Part shown: positions 7,685 through 15,548 of the stretch, piece by piece
Layout: every line of letters starts with the position of its first letter
Position numbering within the stretch: the stretch's first letter is position 1
Source of the DNA: an uncultured virus (IMG/VR IMGVR_UViG_3300031963_009771)
Lineage: Duplodnaviria; Heunggongvirae; Uroviricota; Caudoviricetes
Strand: one strand, 5' to 3'
Virus record (IMG/VR): IMGVR_UViG_3300031963_009771
Coordinates: 53,214-73,213 of that record
DNA: 20,000 bases
Notes under the pieces: generated by a model
What the model was told of the DNA's origin: nothing
The model's database searches: none
Seen by the model: only the letters and a program-made list of their open reading frames with translations
Program-made: the position numbers and the translations under genes

Positions 7685-8338
7685 ATGGGTGAAAATGAAA
7701 ATGAGGAAAGTAGGCCCGTAGAAAAGGTTTACATATTTAATAAGAACTATCAGGAGTATTACAATAAAAAGGCCAAAGAAGAGGCGGAAAAGAATTACCG
7801 ACCTCCGGCACAAAGTGGCATCCTAAGAAAGGGTAAGTTAGCCCGCCCACTTCTACAATCCGAAATTGAAGATATGCAAAAGTTGGCACAATCCGCAAAA
7901 CATTGTGCAAGATTATTAGGAGTATCATACCCTACATACAAAAAATACGCAAAGATGTATGGGGTATTTGAGAATTGTAAAAACGAAGCGGGAGTTGGAA
8001 TACATAAATTAAACAAAGGTAGAAGGTCTCATGCATTAGAAAACATCCTCGAAGGAAACAATCCATCATATCCAAATTGGAAATTAAAGAAAAGATTATT
8101 GGAAACGGGTTATATGCCGCAAGTTTGTGCCAATTGTGGATACGATGAACCCCGTATAACCGATGGTAAAGTTCCACTTCTTTTGGATTATATGGATGGA
8201 AATCGAAAAAATCACAAATGGGATAATCTTCGAATGTTATGTTACAATTGTTGGTTTCAAATAAATGGAGACCTATTTGGAAAGGCGATGAGGAACGTAA
8301 AAAAAGATGCGTGGGATTATCAATACATACACAAATAA
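7685..8338 (+). CDS. HTH + Zn-ribbon HNH-like protein with degenerate active site
   Basis: HTH-like SAKHCARLLGVSYPTYKKYAKMYG, then CANCG...PLLLDYMDGNRKNHKWDNLRMLCYNCW (cf. L-x-H-I-D-G-N..N....NL..LCPNCH). Confidence 0.75.
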   Translation: MGENENEESRPVEKVYIFNKNYQEYYNKKAKEEAEKNYRPPAQSGILRKGKLARPLLQSEIEDMQKLAQSAKHCARLLGVSYPTYKKYAKMYGVFENCKNEAGVGIHKLNKGRRSHALENILEGNNPSYPNWKLKKRLLETGYMPQVCANCGYDEPRITDGKVPLLLDYMDGNRKNHKWDNLRMLCYNCWFQINGDLFGKAMRNVKKDAWDYQYIHK

Positions 8339-8341
8339 GAT

Positions 8342-9151
8342 ATGAGTTATTACGGTTACGAAAGGGTTTATATCAATGGTTGTTCTCATTCACAAGGTGG
8401 GGGGTTAGAAGGGCCTGAATTAAGGGATGATTCGGTATTCCCTTTATACAAAGAAAAGTATGGAGTGGAGAAGTGGGATGATAGAACCCGTTTGAATTTT
8501 GGACACCACTTATCTGAATTGATTGGGATTCCACACCTCAATGAAGCGGAGAGTGGTGGTGGAACTGAAAGGGTGGTACGAATGGCGTATAATTGGTTAT
8601 TAGATAATTGGGAAATTAGGGATAAGGTAATTCTTATATTAGAAAATCCTGATCCATCCCGTTTTGAAGTTTATTATAGACCGGTTGGGGAATACTTTAT
8701 ACTCAATACAAATATAAATGCGGAGGAGGGTAGTGGCGAATTCGTATCATCTACTCGCAAATACTATGGTAGCGAAACTTCTAATGAGGATAAAATGATA
8801 GAACCTATTTTTATGAAGTGGTTTAACAATCATGCAAATATAAGGGAAAATTGGAAAAGAATTGAAAGGGATTTTGTGGGGTTGTATTCGTTTTGTAAGT
8901 GGAATGGTATAAAAATTTTTGTAATGACGGGTAATAGTGTTACATTTAAGGAATGTTTTGATAAAGAGGATATAATTAAATTTGGTAATGATGAAAAAAA
9001 TTACGACATTTGTAGTTGGGCGATTGATAACCGAAAAACTATATCCGATGAATTAGATGGTAAATCCGCAGATAGACATCCAGGTTATTTTGGACACAAA
9101 GAATATGCAGAATTATTAAAAGTGTTTTTAGATAAAAGATTAAATAAATAA
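8342..9151 (+). CDS. SGNH/GDSL-fold hydrolase/acyltransferase-like protein (GCS variant)
   Basis: VYINGCSHSQG, NEAESGGG and C-terminal DRHPGYFGHKEYA. Confidence 0.78.
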   Translation: MSYYGYERVYINGCSHSQGGGLEGPELRDDSVFPLYKEKYGVEKWDDRTRLNFGHHLSELIGIPHLNEAESGGGTERVVRMAYNWLLDNWEIRDKVILILENPDPSRFEVYYRPVGEYFILNTNINAEEGSGEFVSSTRKYYGSETSNEDKMIEPIFMKWFNNHANIRENWKRIERDFVGLYSFCKWNGIKIFVMTGNSVTFKECFDKEDIIKFGNDEKNYDICSWAIDNRKTISDELDGKSADRHPGYFGHKEYAELLKVFLDKRLNK

Positions 9152-9154
9152 TAT

Positions 9155-9307
9155 ATGGAACAGGGATTAAGTTTTATAGCAGTCATTGCCTTATGTATGA
9201 TAGGGTTATGGTTGGATTCTCCTCAATGGTTTGGGGTGGCATTTGTTAGCGGTGTAACCTATTTGTTATTGAGAGGTAAGAAAAAAGGTTGGAATTGGAA
9301 ACGATAA
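9155..9307 (+). CDS. 50-aa small membrane protein, two TM segments and basic tail (not in the ORF track)
   Basis: ATG at 9155 to TAA at 9307 gives MEQGLSFIAVIALCMIGLWLDSPQWFGVAFVSGVTYLLLRGKKKGWNWKR and fills the gap. Confidence 0.75.
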   Translation: MEQGLSFIAVIALCMIGLWLDSPQWFGVAFVSGVTYLLLRGKKKGWNWKR

Positions 9308-9318
9308 AATTAAAAATT

Positions 9319-9474
9319 ATGAAAAAATTATTAGAAAAAATCAGAACCCTATTGGGTATTAAAACAAAGGCCGAAAAGGAGAAAGAAAAGAGAAAGGCTG
9401 AATTAGAAGCAGAATTCCAAAAGAAATTAGAGGAATTAAGAAAAAGAGACCCATTCATTTATCATAACAGATAA
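9319..9474 (+). CDS. Small charged helical protein ending RKRDPFIY
   Basis: ATG at 9319 (MKKLLEK...) with an A-rich leader is preferred over the TTG at 9289, which overlaps the preceding small gene. Confidence 0.75.
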   Translation: MKKLLEKIRTLLGIKTKAEKEKEKRKAELEAEFQKKLEELRKRDPFIYHNR

Positions 9475-9506
9475 TTTGGTGGTCTCAAAAATAATTCGTA
9501 TATTTG
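9475..9506 (+). promoter_or_regulatory. Bacteroidota housekeeping-sigma promoter (-33 TTTG / -7 TAnnTTTG)
   Basis: TTTG at 9475-9478, a 20-nt spacer and TATATTTG at 9499-9506 match the consensus TTTG-N19-21-TAnnTTTG exactly, in intergenic position. Confidence 0.85.
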
Positions 9507-9530
9507 AGGAAACAATTTAAAAACAAAATT

Positions 9531-9752
9531 ATGGCAAAGTTTTTCGAAGTACAGGTTACAGTTCACCACGAAGTTGATGGTGGCAAAGGTGGAACAAAGA
9601 TTAAGAAAGTAAAAGAAAATTATTTAGTAGATGCGATGACAGTTACTGAAGCGGAAGCAAGAGTAGTAAAACAATTTGAAGATTCAGGTGTTCAATTGGA
9701 TTACGAAGTAACTGGTGCAAGGGAATCAAAAATTATTCAAGTAATTGATTAA
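9531..9752 (+). CDS. DUF4494-like protein (single domain)
   Basis: KKVKENYLVDAMTVTEAEARV matches the DUF4494 signature KKVxExYLVDAxSxTEAEAR. Start moved to ATG 9531 because the TTG at 9504 lies inside the -7 promoter box. Confidence 0.8.
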   Translation: MAKFFEVQVTVHHEVDGGKGGTKIKKVKENYLVDAMTVTEAEARVVKQFEDSGVQLDYEVTGARESKIIQVID

Positions 9753-10003
9753 TGGAAACTGAAATCAAAGAACAAAAGGAACTAATTCTTAAAAGAGTTC
9801 CACCTGGTGATAGATGGGTATTCGCTAATGCTAATTCAAATAGTATAGTGTATCCATCTCTTACTGATGGTTTAGAAGCTTGGTTTCAGGCTAATGGTCA
9901 CACTCAATTCTATATCGATGCACGAAAGGGAGCTGTGGAAATTGTTCAACAAAAGGAAGTAGAAAAACCTATTACGAAGTATTCTTTATATGGAGAAGAC
10001 TAA
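9752..10003 (+). CDS. Hypothetical protein
   Basis: 83-aa ORF (KRVPPGDRW motif) with TAATG coupling to the upstream gene. Confidence 0.75.
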   Translation: METEIKEQKELILKRVPPGDRWVFANANSNSIVYPSLTDGLEAWFQANGHTQFYIDARKGAVEIVQQKEVEKPITKYSLYGED

Positions 10004-10445
10004 AACATTAGTAATTTGTAGTGGGTATTTTAATCCGATTCATAAGGGACATATAGAATACTTAAAAAGAAGTAAGGAGTTAGGTGATTTTCTTTATGTA
10101 ATTGTGAATAACGATTACCAAAGAGAAATGAAAGGTAGTAGACCTTTTATGGAAGCCGATGAAAGAAAACTAATTGTAGAATCTTTGGGATTTGTTGATA
10201 GAGCTATGGTGGCGATTGATGAAGAAAAAACCGTCAATCGTAGTATCAAATGGATTATGATGAATATTGGAAAAGAATTTAATCGTTATATATTTGCTAA
10301 TGGAGGTGATCAAAATCGAAACACAGTTGGTGAAACCAAATTGTGTGAAGAGTTGGGAATAGAATTGGCAGATGGATTGGGTGATAAAATTCAATCTTCA
10401 TCAAAACTTATAAAAGATTCAGATGAGTTTTATAATAGGAAATAA
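9990..10445 (+). CDS. Cytidylyltransferase-like (HxGH) nucleotidyltransferase, TagD/RfaE-domain-II-like
   Basis: SGYFNPIHKGH, VIVNND, KGSRPFM...ER, FANGGD and KIQSSS. Confidence 0.88.
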   Translation: MEKTKTLVICSGYFNPIHKGHIEYLKRSKELGDFLYVIVNNDYQREMKGSRPFMEADERKLIVESLGFVDRAMVAIDEEKTVNRSIKWIMMNIGKEFNRYIFANGGDQNRNTVGETKLCEELGIELADGLGDKIQSSSKLIKDSDEFYNRK

Positions 10446-10737
10446 ATGTGTAGATTGTTTAGATACCAGTTGTGTAAGCGTTTGCCCGATTGATTGTATT
10501 CATGGGCCCATTTATACAGACCGAATGGGGTGGGAAGTATCTCAAATGAATGATGAAGATAAGAAGGGAAAACAACTATATATTAATCCTGCGGAGTGTA
10601 TAAATTGTGGAGCGTGTGTACCCGAATGCCCGGTTGATGCGATTTATTCCGATGAAAAGGAGGCGATTTCATTAGGAGACGAGGTATCGGTCCACAAAAA
10701 CTATGAATTCTTTGGACAGTTTTATCAAAAAAAATAA
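10423..10737 (+). CDS. Dicluster (7Fe/FdxA-type) ferredoxin
   Basis: CVDCLDTSCVSVCPIDC and LYINPAECINCGACVPECPVDAI follow the Azotobacter FdI-like Cys spacing, with an insertion between the clusters. Confidence 0.92.
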   Translation: MSFIIGNKCVDCLDTSCVSVCPIDCIHGPIYTDRMGWEVSQMNDEDKKGKQLYINPAECINCGACVPECPVDAIYSDEKEAISLGDEVSVHKNYEFFGQFYQKK

Positions 10738-10738
10738 T

Positions 10739-10747
10739 ATATTTATA
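10739..10747 (+). promoter_or_regulatory. Candidate phage promoter motif ATATTTATA
   Basis: Recurrent intergenic 9-mer ending 28 nt upstream of ATG 10776. Confidence 0.45.
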
Positions 10748-10775
10748 TTTACAATTATAACTTAAAAACACAATT

Positions 10776-11078
10776 ATGACAACGTTTATTTTAATTTTAG
10801 TTTTAGTAACAATCGCAGCAGGTACTGTAATCTTTCTTCAAAAATCTGGTAAAATTGCAGATAAAGATGGTGATTTAATACCTGATGTAGTAGAAGAGAA
10901 AGTTGAAGAGGTAAAGGAAGTTGTTAAAGAAGTAAAGACTAGAGCAAAAAAAGTAGCAACCGAAGTAGGTGATGTAGCCAAAGCTGTAAAAGAAGTGGCG
11001 AAACAATCTAAAGATGTAGTAAATGCTGCAAAAACTTCAACTGGTGCTCGTAGAGGAAGAAAACCTGCTCAAAAATAA
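10776..11078 (+). CDS. Membrane-anchored protein with DxDGDxIPD motif and K/E/V repeats
   Basis: N-terminal TM helix, DKDGDLIPD, amphipathic VKEV/VAK repeats and a basic tail. Confidence 0.8.
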   Translation: MTTFILILVLVTIAAGTVIFLQKSGKIADKDGDLIPDVVEEKVEEVKEVVKEVKTRAKKVATEVGDVAKAVKEVAKQSKDVVNAAKTSTGARRGRKPAQK

Positions 11079-11095
11079 TAATTTAAATCTATAAG

Positions 11096-12355
11096 GTGGG
11101 GTTAGTAAATGAGGCTTTCTGCCTTGCTCCGTGGATACATACATATAATGGAACATTAGGAGAAAGGAGAGTATGTTGTATTTCATCATTAGAATTAGGA
11201 AAGGGTTCAACTCTTTCCGATTCCTTTAATGGGGATGAAATAAGACAGCTGAGAAAGGATATGATTGCGGGAAAACAAATAGAATCCTGTAATCTATGTA
11301 ATAACCAACCTTATGAAAACACTTACAAATTTCATTTTAACGGTAATTACAAATACCTAATAGATGAAGTTATAAATAATACAAAAGAAGATGGGACTTA
11401 TACAGGTCTTCCCATCACATTTGATTACCGAAATGATTTATGCAATTTAAAATGTAGAATATGTGGTAGTTCTGCATCATCATCAATCAGAGCAGAATTC
11501 ACTAAATTCGGTAATTATCAAAAGGAATCGGAATTACTTTCCGGCACCGAATCCCGCAATCTTTCGGAACTTCAATTAGAAGAAATGTTATTCCTAATTG
11601 AAAATACCGATATAAAAGAAATCTATTGGGCGGGAGGAGAACCTCTTTTCAATATTAATCACTATAAGGTTTTAAACCGTCTTATTGAATTAGGAAAAAC
11701 CAATGTATTCTTACGATACAATACCAATTTTACTAACATTACATTTAGGGAGTTTAATTTTTTAGATATAATTGCTCACTTTGATAGAGTTCACTTTTAT
11801 TTTTCGCAAGATGGTATAGGTGAAACTGCTGAGTATTTGAGATATGGACAGAATTTTTCCAAATGGGATTTTAACATTCAGCAAGTAGTAAAAATAAAAA
11901 AACCAAAATGGGAATTTTATGTTCATTCTGTAATGACAATTCTCACTCTTTTAGATGTTGAAAAGATCATTGAATATGTTCACGAATATGAAAACATAGG
12001 AATTAGTTTTTTCAAATGTTTTTCTGATGAATATAAAGATATACTTACACCTGATTTTTACCCAAAAGAAATTATTACAAAAATAATTGAGGAGAAAATC
12101 CAAATTATAGATAATCAATATAGTGGAAGTAGAAAATTAGTTGCAGTAAACTTTTTGGAAAATATGTTAAAAACATTTAATCAAATAGAAAGGAGTGATA
12201 TACAAACTAAACTTTCATTTGGTTATATAGATGATTTGGATAAATTGAGACCATACTCAAGAACATTTTCTGATTTTATAAAAGAAGGTAATAATGAACT
12301 TTTCCAATATTTAAGTAAAAGAAAAGCCGAAATTTCAGATAATGATAATAACTGA
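11096..12355 (+). CDS. Radical SAM protein with N-terminal twitch/SPASM-like Cys cluster
   Basis: CNLKCRIC (CX3CX2C), WAGGEP, YNTN and SQDG, with N-terminal FCLAPW...VCC...SCNLC. GTG start. Confidence 0.9.
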   Translation: MGLVNEAFCLAPWIHTYNGTLGERRVCCISSLELGKGSTLSDSFNGDEIRQLRKDMIAGKQIESCNLCNNQPYENTYKFHFNGNYKYLIDEVINNTKEDGTYTGLPITFDYRNDLCNLKCRICGSSASSSIRAEFTKFGNYQKESELLSGTESRNLSELQLEEMLFLIENTDIKEIYWAGGEPLFNINHYKVLNRLIELGKTNVFLRYNTNFTNITFREFNFLDIIAHFDRVHFYFSQDGIGETAEYLRYGQNFSKWDFNIQQVVKIKKPKWEFYVHSVMTILTLLDVEKIIEYVHEYENIGISFFKCFSDEYKDILTPDFYPKEIITKIIEEKIQIIDNQYSGSRKLVAVNFLENMLKTFNQIERSDIQTKLSFGYIDDLDKLRPYSRTFSDFIKEGNNELFQYLSKRKAEISDNDNN

Positions 12356-13091
12356 TTTCCTTCATAATAATAAGAATCACAAAGAATTAAATCAACTTTG
12401 GAATAATTCCACACCATTTCCTAATTTAGAATTTAAGAATTTTTTGAGTGATGAAATGGTAGTTTCGATGAAAAACGAAATTACAGATTCTTATAGAAAG
12501 CATAACCATTTACTCAAAAACTTTACCCGAAATGGTTCTCATATGGTTGAGTTATGTGAAGCGGGTGATGTTTGCCCAATAGCACATCAACTTATTGGGG
12601 ATTTACATTCAAAGTATTTTATAGATTGGTTGGAAAGAGTTACGGGAATAGATGGATTGATACCCGATCCGTGGCTTGTAGGAGCATCTTATATGAGATG
12701 TTATAGAGGTGATTCATTGCAAGTCCATTCTGATTTTAATTGGAATGAAAAGCTAAAACTTCATAGAAAATTAACATTAGTAATTTACCTAAATCCTGAA
12801 TGGGAAGAAAATTGGAATGGTGATATACAATTGTGGGATAAAGATAGAACACACTGCGTTCAAAAATACTATCCTACTAATGGAAACCTCGTTTTATGGG
12901 AGTATTCCAAATACGCTTTTCATGGACACCCACATCCACTAAATTGCCCAGAACACATAACAAGAGATGGAATTAGATTATTTTATTATATATCTGATGC
13001 TGAACACAAATCAGATGACCCTCCACACCGTTCACTTTATTGGTTCGATGAAAAAACTAAAGAACCTTTCGATAAAAAGAAATCCTTTTAA
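12342..13091 (+). CDS. 2OG-Fe(II) oxygenase (prolyl-hydroxylase-like)
   Basis: PFP near the N-terminus, TGIDGLIPDP, LQVHSDFN (HxD), IYLNPEW...GDIQLW, AFHG and RDGIRLFYY. Confidence 0.9.
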   Translation: MIITDFLHNNKNHKELNQLWNNSTPFPNLEFKNFLSDEMVVSMKNEITDSYRKHNHLLKNFTRNGSHMVELCEAGDVCPIAHQLIGDLHSKYFIDWLERVTGIDGLIPDPWLVGASYMRCYRGDSLQVHSDFNWNEKLKLHRKLTLVIYLNPEWEENWNGDIQLWDKDRTHCVQKYYPTNGNLVLWEYSKYAFHGHPHPLNCPEHITRDGIRLFYYISDAEHKSDDPPHRSLYWFDEKTKEPFDKKKSF

Positions 13092-13114
13092 TATTTATTT
13101 AAGATAAAGATTAT

Positions 13115-13205
13115 ATATTTATAGTTGTAAGAAATAAGTTTCCTTAAATAGTTTCATAAATTGTTATAGTAATCGGAAAAATAGGTTTCCATAACAAAAA
13201 TTTAT
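13115..13205 (+). promoter_or_regulatory. Leader of the envelope operon: ATATTTATA motif, three AAATA(A/-/G)GTTTC repeats and a hairpin reaching the start codon
   Basis: Motif at 13115-13123. Repeats at 13132-13143, 13146-13156 and 13179-13191. TTGTTAT(13161-67)/ATAACAA(13191-97) and GGAAA(13175-79)/TTTCC(13186-90) are complementary. Confidence 0.45.
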
Positions 13206-13859
13206 ATGAAACAAAAGGTCTATTTATTAGTCGATACTCTATCGGATAAATTATTATCAGCATTTTTACGATTAGCCCTACTTTGGGTATTCGTTGCACT
13301 CTCAATTCAGGTTTTTTTCGTTAGTTTAACCTTTATGGGTAAGGATGATTTAATTCGAACTTACTCCAATTGGTTTACTCATACTTTCGATGGTAATTTC
13401 AAAAACTCACCCGGTAACATTTGGTATAATGAAGATGAGCATATATGGGTTGAGAGCGTTACCAATAATGTTAAGATAGGAAATTTAGCCGGCAATAAAA
13501 ATTTAGAGTTCGGTGTAAAGAATATATTAGAAGAGTATTTGCAAGAAAAAGGTTATAACCTATCCCCATCAGCAGTAAACAAATTACAGGTTCAAATTGT
13601 ATTTTTAGATGTATTAACAACTAAAAAGAACATTTCTGTTTTCCACTCCAATGAGGAAGAGGTTGTAATAAGATTAAAAGGTATTTTATTTAAAGATGGT
13701 AAGAAGGTAAAAGAAATAGTGGTTGAGGAATCATCTTCCGAAATTTCAATGTCCACCTTAATTGTAGATCAAGGTGGTAAATTTAACCAAACTTCTTTAA
13801 GCAATGCATTGAAGAAAGGTTGCGATAAACTTGTAACCAAATTATTTTCAACCAAATAA
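13206..13859 (+). CDS. Membrane-anchored alpha/beta protein, possibly CsgG/TolB-N/LptE-like fold
   Basis: TM segment (AFLRLALLWVFVALSIQVFFVSLTF), then strand, helix (FGVKNILEEYLQEKGY), a run of strands and a C-terminal helix (SLSNALKKGCDKLVTKL). Fold inferred from the pattern only. Confidence 0.45.
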   Translation: MKQKVYLLVDTLSDKLLSAFLRLALLWVFVALSIQVFFVSLTFMGKDDLIRTYSNWFTHTFDGNFKNSPGNIWYNEDEHIWVESVTNNVKIGNLAGNKNLEFGVKNILEEYLQEKGYNLSPSAVNKLQVQIVFLDVLTTKKNISVFHSNEEEVVIRLKGILFKDGKKVKEIVVEESSSEISMSTLIVDQGGKFNQTSLSNALKKGCDKLVTKLFSTK

Positions 13860-13861
13860 AA

Positions 13862-15547
13862 ATGAAAAAAATCGTATTAGGGTTAATATTATTAGTATTA
13901 ACTTCTCCACTTTTTGCACAATTAACCGTTAATAGAACTATTTTACCGACAACTGGCCCATATAGAGTAGGTGATACTTTGACGGTAAAATATGTTATAG
14001 ATAGAGGAGCTAATCCTGCAACTACTCCACGTTATTTTTGGTTAAGATACCAATATAGTAATAAGGCATTATTGCTATTACCAAATACTACAATTTATTC
14101 GCAGGGTAATTCAGTTCAAACATATTCTACTGAATGGGCTAACTTTAAATTTACACCTAATACCGCTAATAGTTTAAGTGCAAATTCACTTTATGCACAA
14201 TACCAATCATCACCTTGGAATTTTGTAGCCAATACTAATTTTAATGTTGGGCAATTAACAATACAAAGAACTGATGCAAGTATTAGTGGTGAATTCGTAT
14301 CTCAAAAATTTATTATTAAAGATAATGTATCCTACGAAGATATACATAATTTAATATTAGCATATTCAATAGATGCAAGTTCTGCTTATATATCTCCTAT
14401 AACAACTACCGGAAATGTTATATCGTTAGGTAATGTAGCAGGTGGTTCATCTTCTTTCAAAGTAAAGGTGGCATTCCCTTCTACATATACAACGATTACC
14501 GAACATAAAGTTCAGTTAATGAAATTGAAAACTGATGGTAGTGGAGGAATAGATTGGTCACAACAACCAATTGCACAATTACCATTAGATGCGACAGGAG
14601 AAGCGACGTTTACAACACTTAAAATTGGTGATTCAGTTGGTGTATTTGTTGGCCCTACCCTTAACAAAACATTTATGAATAATATAGTAACGGTATCAGA
14701 TGCGTATAAATCATTTTTAGCCGTTTCTCAAACAGATATAAATGGTAACCCAACATACTTTACTTATCCAAATTTGGAAAAAAATGTTGGAAACATTACT
14801 AAAACCGATAATGTATTTAATGAATCAGATTCTTACTATATGTTTGCATATATAATGGGAATAAATGTAGATTCAAATGCTATGTTACCTTCAAGTACCG
14901 CAACTACTGTAAAATGGCAAAGTGGATTATTGAATCAAAGTTGGTTAAATGGAGTTCCGACAAATAAAGTATTAATTACATCTAACACTCAAACCGCTAA
15001 CGCAGTATTTGCTTGGGGTGGTGATTTAAACTGGTCACACTCAACCGATCCGGCAGTTGTGGCACAAAATATAGCAAACAATACAAATGTAACTAATTCC
15101 TTAAACAAAACATCATTTGGTATTTCATCTATGGCTGTAAATTCAACAAGCAATGTTGGATTATATCAAACAAAAGAATACGAAAAAGCAACATTAAGTG
15201 TATCTTCTAAATTGGAAGGTGGTAAAGTAGTATTAACTACAAACTTAACAAAAGCGGATTTAGCAGGATTGGAAGTGATACTACAATATGATGAAACCAA
15301 ATTATCGTTGGATAACATAGTATTTGATGCGGGTTCTACCATTACTAATTTTTCAACAAATAAAGATGGTAGATTAACATTTGGTTCTATTGACCAATTA
15401 AAAACTGCAAGAATTAAAACTGGAACACCATACAAATTAATTTTTACACCAAAAACTAATTTAACAAATACAGCGGGATTATTCTACTTTGTATTATCAG
15501 ATGCAGTAGATGCTGCTGGAAATAAGATAGATTTAATAGTAGAATAA
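13862..15547 (+). CDS. Secreted protein with cohesin-like N- and C-terminal domains and a degenerate dockerin-like region
   Basis: Sec signal MKKIVLGLILLVLTSPLFA|Q. N-domain VGDTLTVKY...WLRYQYSNKAL. Central IVTVSDAY...GNITKTDNVFNESDSY. C-domain DLAGLEVILQYDETKLSLDNI...LTFGSID...KLIFTPK. Confidence 0.6.
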   Translation: MKKIVLGLILLVLTSPLFAQLTVNRTILPTTGPYRVGDTLTVKYVIDRGANPATTPRYFWLRYQYSNKALLLLPNTTIYSQGNSVQTYSTEWANFKFTPNTANSLSANSLYAQYQSSPWNFVANTNFNVGQLTIQRTDASISGEFVSQKFIIKDNVSYEDIHNLILAYSIDASSAYISPITTTGNVISLGNVAGGSSSFKVKVAFPSTYTTITEHKVQLMKLKTDGSGGIDWSQQPIAQLPLDATGEATFTTLKIGDSVGVFVGPTLNKTFMNNIVTVSDAYKSFLAVSQTDINGNPTYFTYPNLEKNVGNITKTDNVFNESDSYYMFAYIMGINVDSNAMLPSSTATTVKWQSGLLNQSWLNGVPTNKVLITSNTQTANAVFAWGGDLNWSHSTDPAVVAQNIANNTNVTNSLNKTSFGISSMAVNSTSNVGLYQTKEYEKATLSVSSKLEGGKVVLTTNLTKADLAGLEVILQYDETKLSLDNIVFDAGSTITNFSTNKDGRLTFGSIDQLKTARIKTGTPYKLIFTPKTNLTNTAGLFYFVLSDAVDAAGNKIDLIVE

Positions 15548-15548
15548 T

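Noticed and set aside
7685..8338. Active homing endonuclease or intron
   Set aside because: The catalytic His positions are substituted and the flanking genes are intact, with no split-gene evidence.
9289..9530. TTG starts at 9289 and 9504 given by the ORF track
   Set aside because: 9289 overlaps a better 50-aa gene and 9504 lies inside the -7 promoter box. ATGs at 9319 and 9531 have typical A-rich leaders.
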